This document shows, in pieces, positions 50,424-60,857 of a DNA stretch of 64,000 nucleotides (its first letter is position 1; each line of letters opens with the position of its first letter). The stretch is from Oscillospiraceae bacterium (GTDB lineage: Bacteria; Bacillota; Clostridia; Oscillospirales; UBA644). Position numbers and translations under genes: made by a program. The stretch lies in the NCBI GenBank assembly GCA_902783255.1, contig CACZQB010000055.1, positions 16,367 to 80,366 on the forward strand. The letters are read 5' to 3'. Under the pieces are notes generated by a model. That model worked only from the letters and a program-made list of their open reading frames with translations. It was not told where the DNA came from and searched no databases.

Positions 50424-51770
50424 ATGACAGAGGAAACCCTTTTATTTTTGGAAAAAAAGGATTTTAAGGGCCTTCGCGAATATCTGAGCAACTTCAATCC
50501 GGCAGATATCGCGATACTTCTTTCGGAAATACCGGAAGAAAGCCTTACGGTCGTTTTCCGTCTGCTGCCAAAGGAGCTTGCGGCGGAAACGTTCGTTGAA
50601 ATGGATTCTGACGAGCAGGAATTTCTGCTCAAAGCGTTTTCCGATAAAGAGATCAAAGAGGTCATCGACGAGCTTTACGTAGACGATACCGTTGATATCA
50701 TCGAGGAAATGCCGGCAAACGTTGTGCGCAGGATACTCGCGAATACCGACAGCGAGATGCGCGCTCAGATAAACGAGATACTCAATTATCCGAAAGACTC
50801 GGCGGGCAGCATTATGACAACGGAATTTGTCGATCTTCAAAAAGACATGACCGTTGCCGCCGCGTTTGAAAAGATAAGAAGAGTAGGCATAGACAAGGAA
50901 ACGATCTATACCTGCTACGTTATCGACAAAAACCGCCATCTGCTCGGACTTATCTCCGTTAAAACGCTGCTTCTGACAAGTATGAAGAGCATTATCGGCG
51001 ATATAATGGAAACGAACGTAATAAGCGTTTCCACCTTGCAGGACAAAGAAGAGGTCGGCGAAAAGTTTACAAAATACGGTTTTCTTGCGCTTCCCGTTGT
51101 AGACAACGAAAACAGACTTGTCGGAATAGTTACCATCGACGACGCTCTCGGCGTCATCCAGGAAGAAAACACGGAAGATATCGAAAAAATGGCAGCTATC
51201 ACTCCTACCGATAAAACGTATATGAAAACCGGCATTCTGGAAACGTGGTTTAAACGTATTCCGTGGCTTTTGATTCTTATGATCTCCGCAACGTTTACCG
51301 GACGAATAATCACATCATTTGAAAATGCTCTTGCCGCAAACCTCGCTCTTTCGGCGTTTATCCCGATGCTTATGGATACGGGCGGCAACGCCGGTTCGCA
51401 GGCTTCGGTATCGATAATCCGCGGACTTGCACTCAACGAAATAGAATTTCGTGATATTTTCAAGATCTGGGCAAAAGAGCTCGTTGTCGCTCTGCTTTGC
51501 GGACTTGTTCTGGGCGCGGCAAACTTCGGCAAGATCATGCTTCTTGGCGAAACGGGCGGCGACGTTGCAACCGCAGCGGTCGTATGCATTACGCTTGTTG
51601 TAACGATACTTATCGCAAAATTTGTGGGCTGTACGCTGCCGCTGCTTGCAAAACGCATCGGTTTTGACCCTGCGGTAATGGCAAGCCCGTTTATCACCAC
51701 CATAGTCGACGCACTTTCCCTGCTCGTATACTTCAATATCGCAACGTCAATGCTGAATATGGGTCAATGA
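50424..51770 (+). CDS. mgtE: Magnesium transporter MgtE
   Basis: MgtE_N domain, CBS pair (YPKDSAGSIMT, LPVVD), PMLMDTGGNAGSQ and DPAVMASPFITTIVD; ATG follows GAGGAGG. Confidence 0.96.
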   Translation: MTEETLLFLEKKDFKGLREYLSNFNPADIAILLSEIPEESLTVVFRLLPKELAAETFVEMDSDEQEFLLKAFSDKEIKEVIDELYVDDTVDIIEEMPANVVRRILANTDSEMRAQINEILNYPKDSAGSIMTTEFVDLQKDMTVAAAFEKIRRVGIDKETIYTCYVIDKNRHLLGLISVKTLLLTSMKSIIGDIMETNVISVSTLQDKEEVGEKFTKYGFLALPVVDNENRLVGIVTIDDALGVIQEENTEDIEKMAAITPTDKTYMKTGILETWFKRIPWLLILMISATFTGRIITSFENALAANLALSAFIPMLMDTGGNAGSQASVSIIRGLALNEIEFRDIFKIWAKELVVALLCGLVLGAANFGKIMLLGETGGDVATAAVVCITLVVTILIAKFVGCTLPLLAKRIGFDPAVMASPFITTIVDALSLLVYFNIATSMLNMGQ

Positions 51771-51832
51771 GTACTTCGGAAGGCGTGGGGCGATGAACGC
51801 AGCGCGCAGAGTTCACGACCCGGCCTGTTTAT

Positions 51833-51868
51833 AAAAAAGCTGAGAATTTCATTATTCTCAGCTTTTTT
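51833..51868. terminator. Bidirectional terminator between mgtE and cysNC
   Basis: AAAAAAGCTGAGAAT / ATTCTCAGCTTTTTT perfect inverted repeat. Confidence 0.8.
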
Positions 51869-51940
51869 AATTTGGATTTTAAAGTGATGAATTGCGCATG
51901 AGGCACGCATTAATTCGCGCTCCGTCCTCCGTCTTGCGAA

Positions 51941-53732
51941 TTACAATTCCGCAGTCTGCAGTGATTCCGCACTTCTCATTATCGTTTCCGCCGCTTTTTC
52001 GTCGTTTTCATCAACGGAAAGGTCGAAAGCGGGCTCTTTGTCGTATGCGTTTCCGACGCGGACGGTGAAAATCTTTTCGCCAAGAACCGTCTGCATAAGG
52101 TAAACGTCGTCTTCGTCTATTTCCGAGGCGGTAAGGATCACTATCAGTCCCGCATCGGTCAGGATATTTGCGGTTTCGGCAAGACGGCGGATATGTTCGT
52201 CGCGCTCGTCCCTGTCCTCGCTGCGTCCCGTTTTGATATCGGCGTCAACGCCGTATAAAACATTGCCTATGCCGAGGTAGTAAACGGATCTTCCGTTTGC
52301 AAAAAGCGATTTTTCAAGCTCGCGGGCAACGGTTTTTCTGTCCGAATTTTTACTGCCGGTAATCATGATAACGAACGGTTTCTGACCGAAACGCTTCATT
52401 CTTTCCGCCGGCGAAACGCCGCCATTTTCCCACTTGAAATTGCGCATTGCAACATCTTTCTGTATTTTTCCGTCGCCGGGAATTCCCGTTATTATTCCTC
52501 CGCCGGAAATTTCGTAGCCGTCAACTATTACGAATCTTCCCGTTCCCGAAAGATCGGACGATATATCGAAAGAGATCGGTCTTTCGAGCGTAAGAGTGCA
52601 TTTTGCAACTTCGTTTTTTTCGACTTTCGGCTTCGCCGCCTTTTCAAGAGATGAGGCGTTGAGAACATATTCCGTTTTTTCAAGACGCATTGGCACCTTT
52701 GCCGATCCGGTTTTGAGATAATAACGCTTTCCTTCGCTCAAAGCGTCCTTTCCGAGCCAGAAAAGCGAAACTTCTATCCTCGATGCCGTTACGGGCGGTT
52801 TTTCATCTGTTTTAACGGCGAGATCGCCGCGTCTGACATATATCTGCTCCGTCATCGTTATACCTGTTGAATAACCCGATGTTACGGCAGTCCTTCTCGG
52901 TCTGTTGAATTCTTCTATCGACGCTACCGTTGTTTTTTTGCCCGACGGGTAAAACATAATGCCGTCGCCTACATGCAGCGTGCCTGATTCGACTGTTCCG
53001 GCTATTATCCGTCTTTCGTCGCCCGAAGACGTGAATTTGTAAACGTCCTGCACGGGCATGCGGAACGGCAGATCGTCCGGCGGCAGCTCTTCTTTGAAGG
53101 CGTCAAGCTGTTCAAGCACCGTCATACCGTCATACCATGGCATTTTGTCCGATCTTACGGCAATATTGTCGCCCATAGCGGCGCTTACGGGGATAAACGA
53201 CGTTGGCGTAACGCCGGCAGCGGCAAGAAATTCTGAGTATTCCTTTACGATATTATCGAATACTTCTTCGGAATATCCCATAATGTCAAGCTTGTTCACA
53301 AGCACGGAGACCTGCTTTATGCCGAGCATCGAAAGGATATAGCCGTGACGGCGCGAATTTTCGCGGACTCCTTCGTGCGCGTCTATAACAAGCAAAGCCG
53401 CTTCCGCGCGCGACGCTCCGGTGATCATGTTTTTCAGAAATTCAATATGTCCCGGCGCGTCAAGGATTATATATTTATTCGCGTTTTTCCGTTCTGAAAA
53501 AACAGCGGGCTATATCTATCGTTATTCCCTGCGCCCTTTCGTCTTTGAGCGCGTCAAGCAGAAACGCGTATTCAAAGGGCTTTGAATTTCTTCTGCACAT
53601 TTCCTTTATCTGCTCAAGCTTCCCCTGAGGCAGTGAGCCCGTATCGGCAAGAAGTCTGCCTATCACGGTGCTTTTACCGTGGTCAACGTGACCAACGATA
53701 ACTATATTCATATCTTTTTTACATGTATCCAT
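51941..53732 (-). pseudogene. cysN: Sulfate adenylyltransferase subunit 1 with degenerate APS-kinase domain (CysN/CysNC), frameshifted
   Basis: The 5' part has GHVDHGKST and ERAQGITID and stops at 53475. The other frame continues YIILDAPGHIEFLKNMITGAS...VNKLD. A TATT-TATT duplication at 53472-53479 accounts for the shift. Confidence 0.85.
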
Positions 53733-54600
53733 CTTTGCGAAGTTCCTCCAGCCCACCGCCGTCTTCCTTATCCTGAGCCCGTCCCGATCTTTCTGCGATA
53801 TTCGCGAATTTGCCGCTTCTCAGTTCTTCTATTATTCCGTCAAGGTCTTTCGCATCGCTATCAACGGGGTTCGTGCATGGCCAGCAGCCGAGAGAACGGT
53901 ATCTTTTTCCGTTGCCCTGATCGAAATAAAGCGAAACTACAGGCACGCCTTCGCGCCGTATATATTCCCAAACGTCAAGCTCCGTCCAGTCAAGAAGCGG
54001 ATGTATGCGTATGTGCGTGCCGGGAGCGAAATCCGTTTTATACTGACCCCAGAATTCCGGCGGCTGATCGCCTATATCCCAGTCGTTGTTTTTGTCTCTC
54101 GGTGAAAAATATCGTTCTTTCGAACGGCTGCCCTCTTCGTCCGCGCGAATGCCGACTATAACGCCGGTGTAGGGTTCCGTGTTTGAATCTTTTTCATAAT
54201 TTCCCGTCACGTGGTTGAGTCTGTATCTCGGCCATTCACCCGAAAGGGTGTGCCGCAGAGCCTCGGTTTTGAGATTTCTGCAGCATTCAATTCTTGTTGC
54301 GTTTCCGTCGGGAAACGTGAGCTTTTTATCGAGCGCCTCGCGGTTCTCGCCGTATATCATATCAAGCTTCCACTCTTTTGCAAGCCTGTCGCGGTATGTG
54401 ATCATTTCAGGTATCTTGTAATGCGTATCTATATGCACGAGCGGAAACGGAACGTGCCCGTAAAACGCTTTTCTTGCAAGACATAAAAGAACTGTGGAGT
54501 CTTTTCCGATAGACCAGAGCATGCACAGACTTTTGAACTGACTGTATGCCTCGCGCAGTATATGTATGCTTCTGTTTTCGAGCCTGTCTAAATGGTCCAT
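53719..54600 (-). CDS. cysD: Sulfate adenylyltransferase subunit 2
   Basis: [37 protein letters not shown] and YRSLGC.PCT motifs; ends KDGYM. Confidence 0.94.
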   Translation of the reverse strand: MDHLDRLENRSIHILREAYSQFKSLCMLWSIGKDSTVLLCLARKAFYGHVPFPLVHIDTHYKIPEMITYRDRLAKEWKLDMIYGENREALDKKLTFPDGNATRIECCRNLKTEALRHTLSGEWPRYRLNHVTGNYEKDSNTEPYTGVIVGIRADEEGSRSKERYFSPRDKNNDWDIGDQPPEFWGQYKTDFAPGTHIRIHPLLDWTELDVWEYIRREGVPVVSLYFDQGNGKRYRSLGCWPCTNPVDSDAKDLDGIIEELRSGKFANIAERSGRAQDKEDGGGLEELRKDGYM

Positions 54601-55970
54601 ATATTCTCCTTTGCATTTACGATAAGAAATCCTTTTGCATTGAGCGGGTCTTTGCGGTTATATCTCATAGGCGTCAGGTCTCCCTGCAGAAAAATACCGC
54701 CCGCGCATTCCGCCACCGATTGCATGGCGCACGTATCCCACTCATAAGTATCTGCAAACCTGTAATAACAGTCCGCCTTACCCGCCGCGATAAAACAGCC
54801 CTTTATGCTGCTGCCGCACTGCACGGTTTTTTCGATCTTATCTTTGTATTTTTCCGTAAGCGCTTTCGTTTTTTCGTCAAGAAAAGAGCGTGAGCACATA
54901 AAAGTTATCTTATCTGTTTTATCTGAAACAAAAATGCGGTCTTTTTCATCAAAAATATTTTCGAGGCTTTCCGCTTTCGCAGCAAATGCGCCGCGCCCGG
55001 TAAAAGAGTAGTATATATCGCCGGTTACGGGAATGTAAACTGCTCCCGCAATCGCTCTGCCGCAGTGCACAAGCCCTATATTTACGGTAAATTCGCCGTT
55101 TTTCGAAACGAACTCCTTTGTGCCGTCAAGAGGATCGATAATAAAACAGAAGTCGTTTTCAAGCCTGTCCCCGCTGTCTGCAGTCTCTTCTGAAAGTCTT
55201 GCGAAATCGGGAAAACTTTTCGCGAGCGTTTCGTTTATGTATCTGTCCGCTGTCTTATCAGCGTCTGTCAGCGGCGAATTATCGGATTTATATTCGACCG
55301 AAAAGCCTTTGTTGTATATTTCGAGTATCCTTTTCCCTGCTTCGACAGCCGTGTTTACCATCACTTTGGCAACATGCCCGGCGCTTTGCAGAAAATTATG
55401 ATACTCAAAAACCTTTTTTGCGCATTCTTCAACGGTCATTTCGTCTGTTTTCAGCCTGATATCAGGATACGGCGGCGCTTCGTAAGGCGACGATACGCCC
55501 GTAAATTCTTTTATCTGCCCTTCAAACGCCTTTTTATAAAGCCCTTTCGGGTCTCTTTTTGCGCAGACGTCAAGCGGAGCATCAACGAATATCTCAACAA
55601 ATGCGGCAAAAGAGGAGATGATCTTTCTTGCGTTTTCTCTCTGATCTTCTTTCGGACTTATTGCGCTTACAAGCACCGTAAGCCCCGCCTGTGCCATGAG
55701 AGCCGACGTTTCCGCGATCCGTCTTATATTCTCGTTTCTGTCCTCTTCCGAAAACCCGAGATCTGAATTGAGACCGAACCGAAGATTGTCGCCGTCAAGC
55801 AAAAATGTTTTTATTCCTGCGGCGTAAAGCAATTTTTCCGTTTCGCATGCAACCGTGGACTTGCCTGAACCAGAAAGTCCCGTAAACCATAAAACGCAGC
55901 CGCGCTGCCCCATAAGAGATGCACGCTGATTTGGTGTAATTCCGCTTTTATGGTATGTTATGTTTTTCAT
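54588..55970 (-). CDS. Adenylyl-sulfate kinase (CysC) fused to 3'(2'),5'-bisphosphate nucleotidase (CysQ)
   Basis: N-terminal [19 protein letters not shown] and [11 protein letters not shown]-terminal [24 protein letters not shown] and EWDTCA. Confidence 0.9.
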   Translation of the reverse strand: MKNITYHKSGITPNQRASLMGQRGCVLWFTGLSGSGKSTVACETEKLLYAAGIKTFLLDGDNLRFGLNSDLGFSEEDRNENIRRIAETSALMAQAGLTVLVSAISPKEDQRENARKIISSFAAFVEIFVDAPLDVCAKRDPKGLYKKAFEGQIKEFTGVSSPYEAPPYPDIRLKTDEMTVEECAKKVFEYHNFLQSAGHVAKVMVNTAVEAGKRILEIYNKGFSVEYKSDNSPLTDADKTADRYINETLAKSFPDFARLSEETADSGDRLENDFCFIIDPLDGTKEFVSKNGEFTVNIGLVHCGRAIAGAVYIPVTGDIYYSFTGRGAFAAKAESLENIFDEKDRIFVSDKTDKITFMCSRSFLDEKTKALTEKYKDKIEKTVQCGSSIKGCFIAAGKADCYYRFADTYEWDTCAMQSVAECAGGIFLQGDLTPMRYNRKDPLNAKGFLIVNAKENIWTI

Positions 55971-56004
55971 AAGATAAAACTCCGAAAATGCGGTATAATA
56001 TTTA

Positions 56005-56033
56005 ATTATACTATCCGTATTCAAAAAAATCAA
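56005..56033 (-). promoter_or_regulatory. Putative promoter of the cysC-cysQ/cysD/cysN operon
   Basis: Minus strand TTGATT-17 bp-TATAAT. Confidence 0.5.
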
Positions 56034-56150
56034 GAGCAAAAAACGTTTTTATACGGTTTTATTCAAAAAAATGACGAAAATTCAAAAATCCTATTGAAAA
56101 ACAGATCAAAATATGGTAATATGATGAAAATCGGAAAGAGAGAAAATGAT

Positions 56151-56870
56151 ATGACCGTTACAGTTATCGGAAGAGGACATTCGGGCACACGCTCAATATC
56201 GCATACGCTTTCGGCAAGCGGTTTTTTTATGGGCGAGCCTCTGAACGTTTCGGGTGACCTTCTTCCCCCCGAAAAAATGTATGACGCATGCCGCGTTTTT
56301 GCAAAATACGTTGAATATAAAGGAAATATGGAATGGGATTTCTCTAAAGTCCTTTCGATGGACCCGACGCAGGAATTCACAACTCTTATTGAAGAATATC
56401 TTCATACCGTGCTTGAAAGCGAAAATGAGCTGAAGGGCTGGAAGATACCCGAAACCACGCTCGTTTATCCGTGGATAGTGAAAATGTTTCCCGATATAAA
56501 ATACATACACTGGGTAAGAGACCCGAGAGACTGCATTTTAGGCGGACATATTACCGACGACCTTTCCGTTTTCGGCATAAAATACGATAAGACCGACGAC
56601 GTGCGCTTCAATCGTGCGGTGAGCTGGAAATATCAGCGCGAAATAATGAAAGCCACACCCGCTCCCGCTAACGTTATTTCCGTCCGCTTCGAGGATATGG
56701 TCTTTTCGCAGGAAAAAACGCTTGAACGCCTTTCGGACTTTCTCGGCGTTCCTCTTGCGAAAATAGAAATGCGCCCCGACTCGGTAGGAAGATACAAGAC
56801 CGACGAAGGAACGCATATGTTTGACTTTTTTGCTGAAGACCTTGCGGAATGCGGATACGAAAAAGAATAA
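56151..56870 (+). CDS. PAPS-dependent sulfotransferase family protein
   Basis: 5'-PSB loop GRGHSGTR, GWKIP, 3'-PB motif VRDPRD and VRFEDM; divergent from the PAPS genes. Confidence 0.8.
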   Translation: MTVTVIGRGHSGTRSISHTLSASGFFMGEPLNVSGDLLPPEKMYDACRVFAKYVEYKGNMEWDFSKVLSMDPTQEFTTLIEEYLHTVLESENELKGWKIPETTLVYPWIVKMFPDIKYIHWVRDPRDCILGGHITDDLSVFGIKYDKTDDVRFNRAVSWKYQREIMKATPAPANVISVRFEDMVFSQEKTLERLSDFLGVPLAKIEMRPDSVGRYKTDEGTHMFDFFAEDLAECGYEKE

Positions 56871-56885
56871 GATCAGAATAAAATT

Positions 56886-56912
56886 AAAAGCGAAGAGATC
56901 TCTTCGCTTTTT
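56886..56912 (+). terminator. Terminator after the sulfotransferase
   Basis: AAAAGCGAAGAG / CTCTTCGCTTTTT inverted repeat. Confidence 0.7.
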
Positions 56913-57021
56913 GCGGAACTTTTCCGATTATAAAAATCGGGAACAAAACATTTATCAATAATGATACAGCGACCTTTTTCTGTCATAATGCGGCGGAAAA
57001 ACATTCGTGAAGGTTACTGTA

Positions 57022-57792
57022 TCAGTTTTTTTGCCGTTTTTCAAGCTCCTTTATTATTTTATGTATCGCATTTTCATCGCACGAAACGGTTATAAAGTCC
57101 GCGGCAGCTTTGAGATTTTCCGAAGCGTTTGAAACGGCAAAACCGATATCTGCTTTTATTATCATTTCAAGGTCGTTGTCGTAGTTTCCCGCGGAAACGG
57201 CAAGACTTGAAGACGTCAGCTTTTTGATTTCGCAAAGCGCATTGCCTTTTCCCGCCTCGCAGGCGAACATTTCAAGCCCTTCGCCCCAGCCTCGGGCAAA
57301 CTTGTATGACGGAAAAAGACCGGGGATAAGAACGCTGAGTTTTTCGGTTTCATCTCGCGGCTGCATAAACATTATATCGTAAATATTCTCGTTCACATCA
57401 AGAAACGTTCTTTCCGTTATCTCGCTTGCACGAGCGGAATAATGGAAGCTTTCGAAATGAATGCCTATATCCGAGTTTTTCGCGTAAGTCGCCGCTATTT
57501 TCAGCACGTCGTCCTTCGCGCTTTCGGGCAGAGGATATTTCGATACTGCCCCCCGTTTTTCACGGTCGTATATCATCGAGCCGTTGAGAGTGATAAGATA
57601 CGTGTTCGGAACGAAAATATCGGTGAATTTATCGAAATGTCTCGGCGGTCTGCCTGAAGCGACGGTGAAAAGTCCGCCGTTTTGCTGAAAATACCGTATC
57701 GCTTCCGCATTTTTCTCGCTTATTCTGCCCTCGCTGTCCGTCAGAGTGCCGTCCATATCCGTGGCAAGAAGAATTCCGTCAAATATACCCAT
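57022..57792 (-). CDS. Cof-type HAD-IIB hydrolase
   Basis: TDMDGTL, ASGR, NGS, KGNAL and GNYDNDLEMI motifs. Confidence 0.9.
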   Translation of the reverse strand: MGIFDGILLATDMDGTLTDSEGRISEKNAEAIRYFQQNGGLFTVASGRPPRHFDKFTDIFVPNTYLITLNGSMIYDREKRGAVSKYPLPESAKDDVLKIAATYAKNSDIGIHFESFHYSARASEITERTFLDVNENIYDIMFMQPRDETEKLSVLIPGLFPSYKFARGWGEGLEMFACEAGKGNALCEIKKLTSSSLAVSAGNYDNDLEMIIKADIGFAVSNASENLKAAADFITVSCDENAIHKIIKELEKRQKN

Positions 57793-57855
57793 AAAAAATC
57801 CTTTTTTGTTATTTAAAAAAAGTATACCATATTATTTTGATTCCGTCAACAGTAA

Positions 57856-57884
57856 AAATCCCTGTCTTTTAAGGACAGGGATTT
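57856..57884 (-). terminator. Terminator after the DUF4428-like gene
   Basis: AAATCCCTGTC / GACAGGGATTT inverted repeat. Confidence 0.65.
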
Positions 57885-57901
57885 ATATTTCAAAGCCTTT
57901 T

Positions 57902-58759
57902 TCAGTCTGTTATGCTGTTTTCCGCTTCGTCCGCACGACGGGAATAGACCGTAAGACCGCCGCTCTGAGCGTCCGCAATCGATTCCTGAGCCTTTGCCAT
58001 CTGCTCCTGAAGGGCGGGATCGTTCGGGTCTGCATTTCCGCTTGCCGCAGCGTTTATTATTCCGCCCATTATCTTTGCCATATCGGTCGTTGCTTTAAGA
58101 TCGCGTTTCTGCGCTTTTGAAAGACCGAAGCTGAAAAGTCCGCGTTCAGAGTCGTGAACGCCGAAGATATAGTCGAGATGCTGCAGCGCATTGTCTGCGT
58201 AGTCCGTATCTTTTTCGGATTTTCTGAAACAGAGCCTGATCTCGCGCCTGATATACGGATGCGGGCGAAGTCCCTTCTTTGCTGCGGCGTCGTTAAAGCC
58301 GAGCGGCTGAACAAGACGAAGGATCACGCCGTCCTCCTTAAATGTTTCCGCTCCGCCGTCCGAGGGCTTGTCGGTTTCTTTGTAATATTCGTAAGAAGCT
58401 ATTTCGTCGTAGCGGATAACCTCGCGGTTGACCTTGTTTTTGACGTTTCTGCGGTCAAATATGCTCAGCATGCCTGTATCGTCGCAGAATTCGATCGCAA
58501 ACTCTTTTACCGTGCTCGGATAAAGACTTGTTTTTTTGAAGCACTGCTCATGAATCTTGTTTCGCTTTGTCATAAAATCGATATGCTCGCGAACGGTTTC
58601 CTTGTCCATCTCGGAAAGTCTTACAAACTGACTGCATTTTCTTGCGCAGTCGCTGCAGACGTATTCCTTGTTTTTGATCTTGTCTCTGTGCATAACACCG
58701 CATTCCGCTCCGCACAGAGCGCATGTTTTTTTGCCGAACAGTTTGTCAAAAAGTCCCAT
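57902..58759 (-). CDS. DUF4428-like Zn-finger protein
   Basis: MGLFDKLFGKKTCALCG...VCSDC N-terminus typical of DUF4428; AAGGAG SD. Confidence 0.65.
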   Translation of the reverse strand: MGLFDKLFGKKTCALCGAECGVMHRDKIKNKEYVCSDCARKCSQFVRLSEMDKETVREHIDFMTKRNKIHEQCFKKTSLYPSTVKEFAIEFCDDTGMLSIFDRRNVKNKVNREVIRYDEIASYEYYKETDKPSDGGAETFKEDGVILRLVQPLGFNDAAAKKGLRPHPYIRREIRLCFRKSEKDTDYADNALQHLDYIFGVHDSERGLFSFGLSKAQKRDLKATTDMAKIMGGIINAAASGNADPNDPALQEQMAKAQESIADAQSGGLTVYSRRADEAENSITD

Positions 58760-58859
58760 TTTTTAGCTCCTTCGTTTATTTATTGTAATTAAATTATAGC
58801 ATAGCGATAACCTTATGTCAATACGGTAAAGACGCTAATTTGCGGATTTTTGCATAAAA

Positions 58860-58883
58860 ATTCCCTGCCGTAAGACAGGGAAT
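58860..58883 (-). terminator. Terminator after pgm
   Basis: ATTCCCTG / CAGGGAAT stem followed on the minus strand by a T tract. Confidence 0.55.
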
Positions 58884-58896
58884 ATCAGGTGGTTTT

Positions 58897-60567
58897 TCAG
58901 ACGGCGGAGTCGGTGATCGCGGTGAATGCCTTAGCGAATTTTTCCGCTTTTTCTTTTGCAAGCTCGCCCGTTTTGTCGCTTACCATAACGTAAAGCTTAA
59001 CTTTCGGCTCGGTGCCAGAAGGACGGATAACGAGAACGCTGCCGTCTTCCATTGTATAATAAAGCACGTTTGACGGCGGCAGACCTTCTATTCCGCCCAT
59101 ATAGTCCTTTCTTTCGGCAACGGCAACGCCCGCAAGCTCGTTTATCGGATTTTCCCTGAGCGCGGACATAAGCTTTTTCATTTTTTCAAGACCGTCAAAG
59201 CCGGGCATCTGAATATTTACTGTTTTTTCATAGTATGTGCCGAACTCCGCAAAGAGATCGCAGAGCGCGTCCCAGAGAGTATGTCCTTTTTCAGCGCAGT
59301 ATGCCGCCGCTTCCGAAATAAGCAGGGACGCGAAAACGCTGTCTTTGTCGTGCGCGTAATCGCCCGCAAGGAAGCCGTAGCTTTCTTCAAAACCGAAAAC
59401 GAAGGTGTGCTCGCCTGTCTTTTTGAAAAGATTCATCTTTTCGCCTATAAATTTGAAGCCTGTAAGAACGTTTACTATCGAGGCGCCGTATTTTTCGCAA
59501 ATTTTGGTTGCAAGCTCGGTGGTAACTATCGTTTTTACCGCGCAGGCGTTTTCGGGCAGCGTGCCGAGCGCCTTTCTTGAACGGAGTATATAGTCGAGAA
59601 GCAGACAGCCTATCTGGTTGCCGGTGATTATCTTATACTCTCCGTCGTCCGAAACAAGTATTCCCATTCTGTCCGCGTCGGGGTCGGTGCCTATGATAAG
59701 ATCGGCGTGATGCTCTTTTGCAATTTCAATGGCTCTCGTGAATCCTTCGGGGTTTTCGGGGTTGGGTGATTTGACCGTGGGGAAGTTTCCATCAAGGACC
59801 ATCTGCTCGGGCACGGTCACGATATTTGTAAAGCCAGCTCTCTTGAGCACTTCCGGCACAAGTCTGTAACCCGAACCGTGGAACGGTGTGTAAACTATGC
59901 ACATATCGTGCTGCTTTTTGATAAGATCGGGGTCTATGCGCTGTTCGAGCACTTTTTCGAGATATCTGTTGTCGTATTCCTTGTCAAGGATTTTGATGAC
60001 CTTTTCCGCCTCTTCAAAAGACACGGTTTTTACACCTTCGAGCATATCAGTCTTTTTCATCTGGGCGAAAACAACGTCTGCGTGTTCGGGCGAAAGCTGC
60101 GCTCCGTCGTCCCAGTAAACCTTGTAGCCGTTATATTCCTTCGGATTGTGAGAAGCCGTTATAACTATTCCCGCAATGCAGCAAAGGTCGGTTACGGCGA
60201 AAGAAAGCTCGGGAGTGGGACGTAGTTCGTCAAACAGATAAACGTTTATCCCGTTTGCAACAAGCACGCATGCAGCCTGTTTCGCAAATTCGCGCGAAAA
60301 ATTACGGCTGTCATGAGCGATTACAACGTGAGCGTCCTTTATATTTTTTGAATTTATAAGATCCGCAAGCGCCTGCGTTGCGTGACGGACCGTATAAACG
60401 TTCATCCTTCTTGTCCCCGCGCCTATCGTTCCGCGAAGACCGCCTGTGCCGAACTCGAGAAGTCCCGCAAATCTGTCTTCAAGCTCCGCTTTATCCGTTA
60501 CTGCTTCAAGCTCTTTTTTAGTGTTTTCATCAACTAACGGGCTGTCTATCCATGTTTTTGCGTCCAT
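58897..60567 (-). CDS. pgm: Phosphoglucomutase/phosphomannomutase (phospho-sugar mutase)
   Basis: FGTGGLRG, ITASHNP, DPDADR, GFEESYG and RPSGTEPK motifs. Confidence 0.9.
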   Translation of the reverse strand: MDAKTWIDSPLVDENTKKELEAVTDKAELEDRFAGLLEFGTGGLRGTIGAGTRRMNVYTVRHATQALADLINSKNIKDAHVVIAHDSRNFSREFAKQAACVLVANGINVYLFDELRPTPELSFAVTDLCCIAGIVITASHNPKEYNGYKVYWDDGAQLSPEHADVVFAQMKKTDMLEGVKTVSFEEAEKVIKILDKEYDNRYLEKVLEQRIDPDLIKKQHDMCIVYTPFHGSGYRLVPEVLKRAGFTNIVTVPEQMVLDGNFPTVKSPNPENPEGFTRAIEIAKEHHADLIIGTDPDADRMGILVSDDGEYKIITGNQIGCLLLDYILRSRKALGTLPENACAVKTIVTTELATKICEKYGASIVNVLTGFKFIGEKMNLFKKTGEHTFVFGFEESYGFLAGDYAHDKDSVFASLLISEAAAYCAEKGHTLWDALCDLFAEFGTYYEKTVNIQMPGFDGLEKMKKLMSALRENPINELAGVAVAERKDYMGGIEGLPPSNVLYYTMEDGSVLVIRPSGTEPKVKLYVMVSDKTGELAKEKAEKFAKAFTAITDSAV

Positions 60568-60602
60568 TTTTTCTGTCCTCCGTTATATTTATATGGTAAA
60601 GA

Positions 60603-60848
60603 TTATATCTGAGAAAGCGCTTTTGCGATCTGATCGGGGCAGGATGTCGGTCTCGACCCGCACGTTATGCCCGAAAATTTTTTTATTACCTCGTCTTTAT
60701 CCATGCCTACAAGAATGCTCGATATTCCTTTGAGGTTTCCGTTGCAGCCGCCTATGACTTCAACAGACTCTATTTTATTGTCGTCGTTTACGGTAATGTT
60801 TATCTCTCTTGAGCAGGTGCCTTTTGTTTTGTAGTTTACTGTTTTCAT
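60603..60848 (-). CDS. TIGR03905-family TSCPD-domain protein
   Basis: GTCSREI, GGCNGNLKG and TSCPDQ motifs. Confidence 0.88.
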   Translation of the reverse strand: MKTVNYKTKGTCSREINITVNDDNKIESVEVIGGCNGNLKGISSILVGMDKDEVIKKFSGITCGSRPTSCPDQIAKALSQI

Positions 60849-60857
60849 CAAATCACC

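Noticed and set aside
51782-51826. GC-rich imperfect hairpin after mgtE as a possible small RNA or REP element
   Set aside because: Single copy in the window, imperfect pairing, and no promoter or family resemblance.
51941-53428. Treating the 495-aa ORF as an independent intact gene
   Set aside because: It begins inside the GTPase domain, after the DAPGH motif; it is the 3' part of frameshifted cysN.
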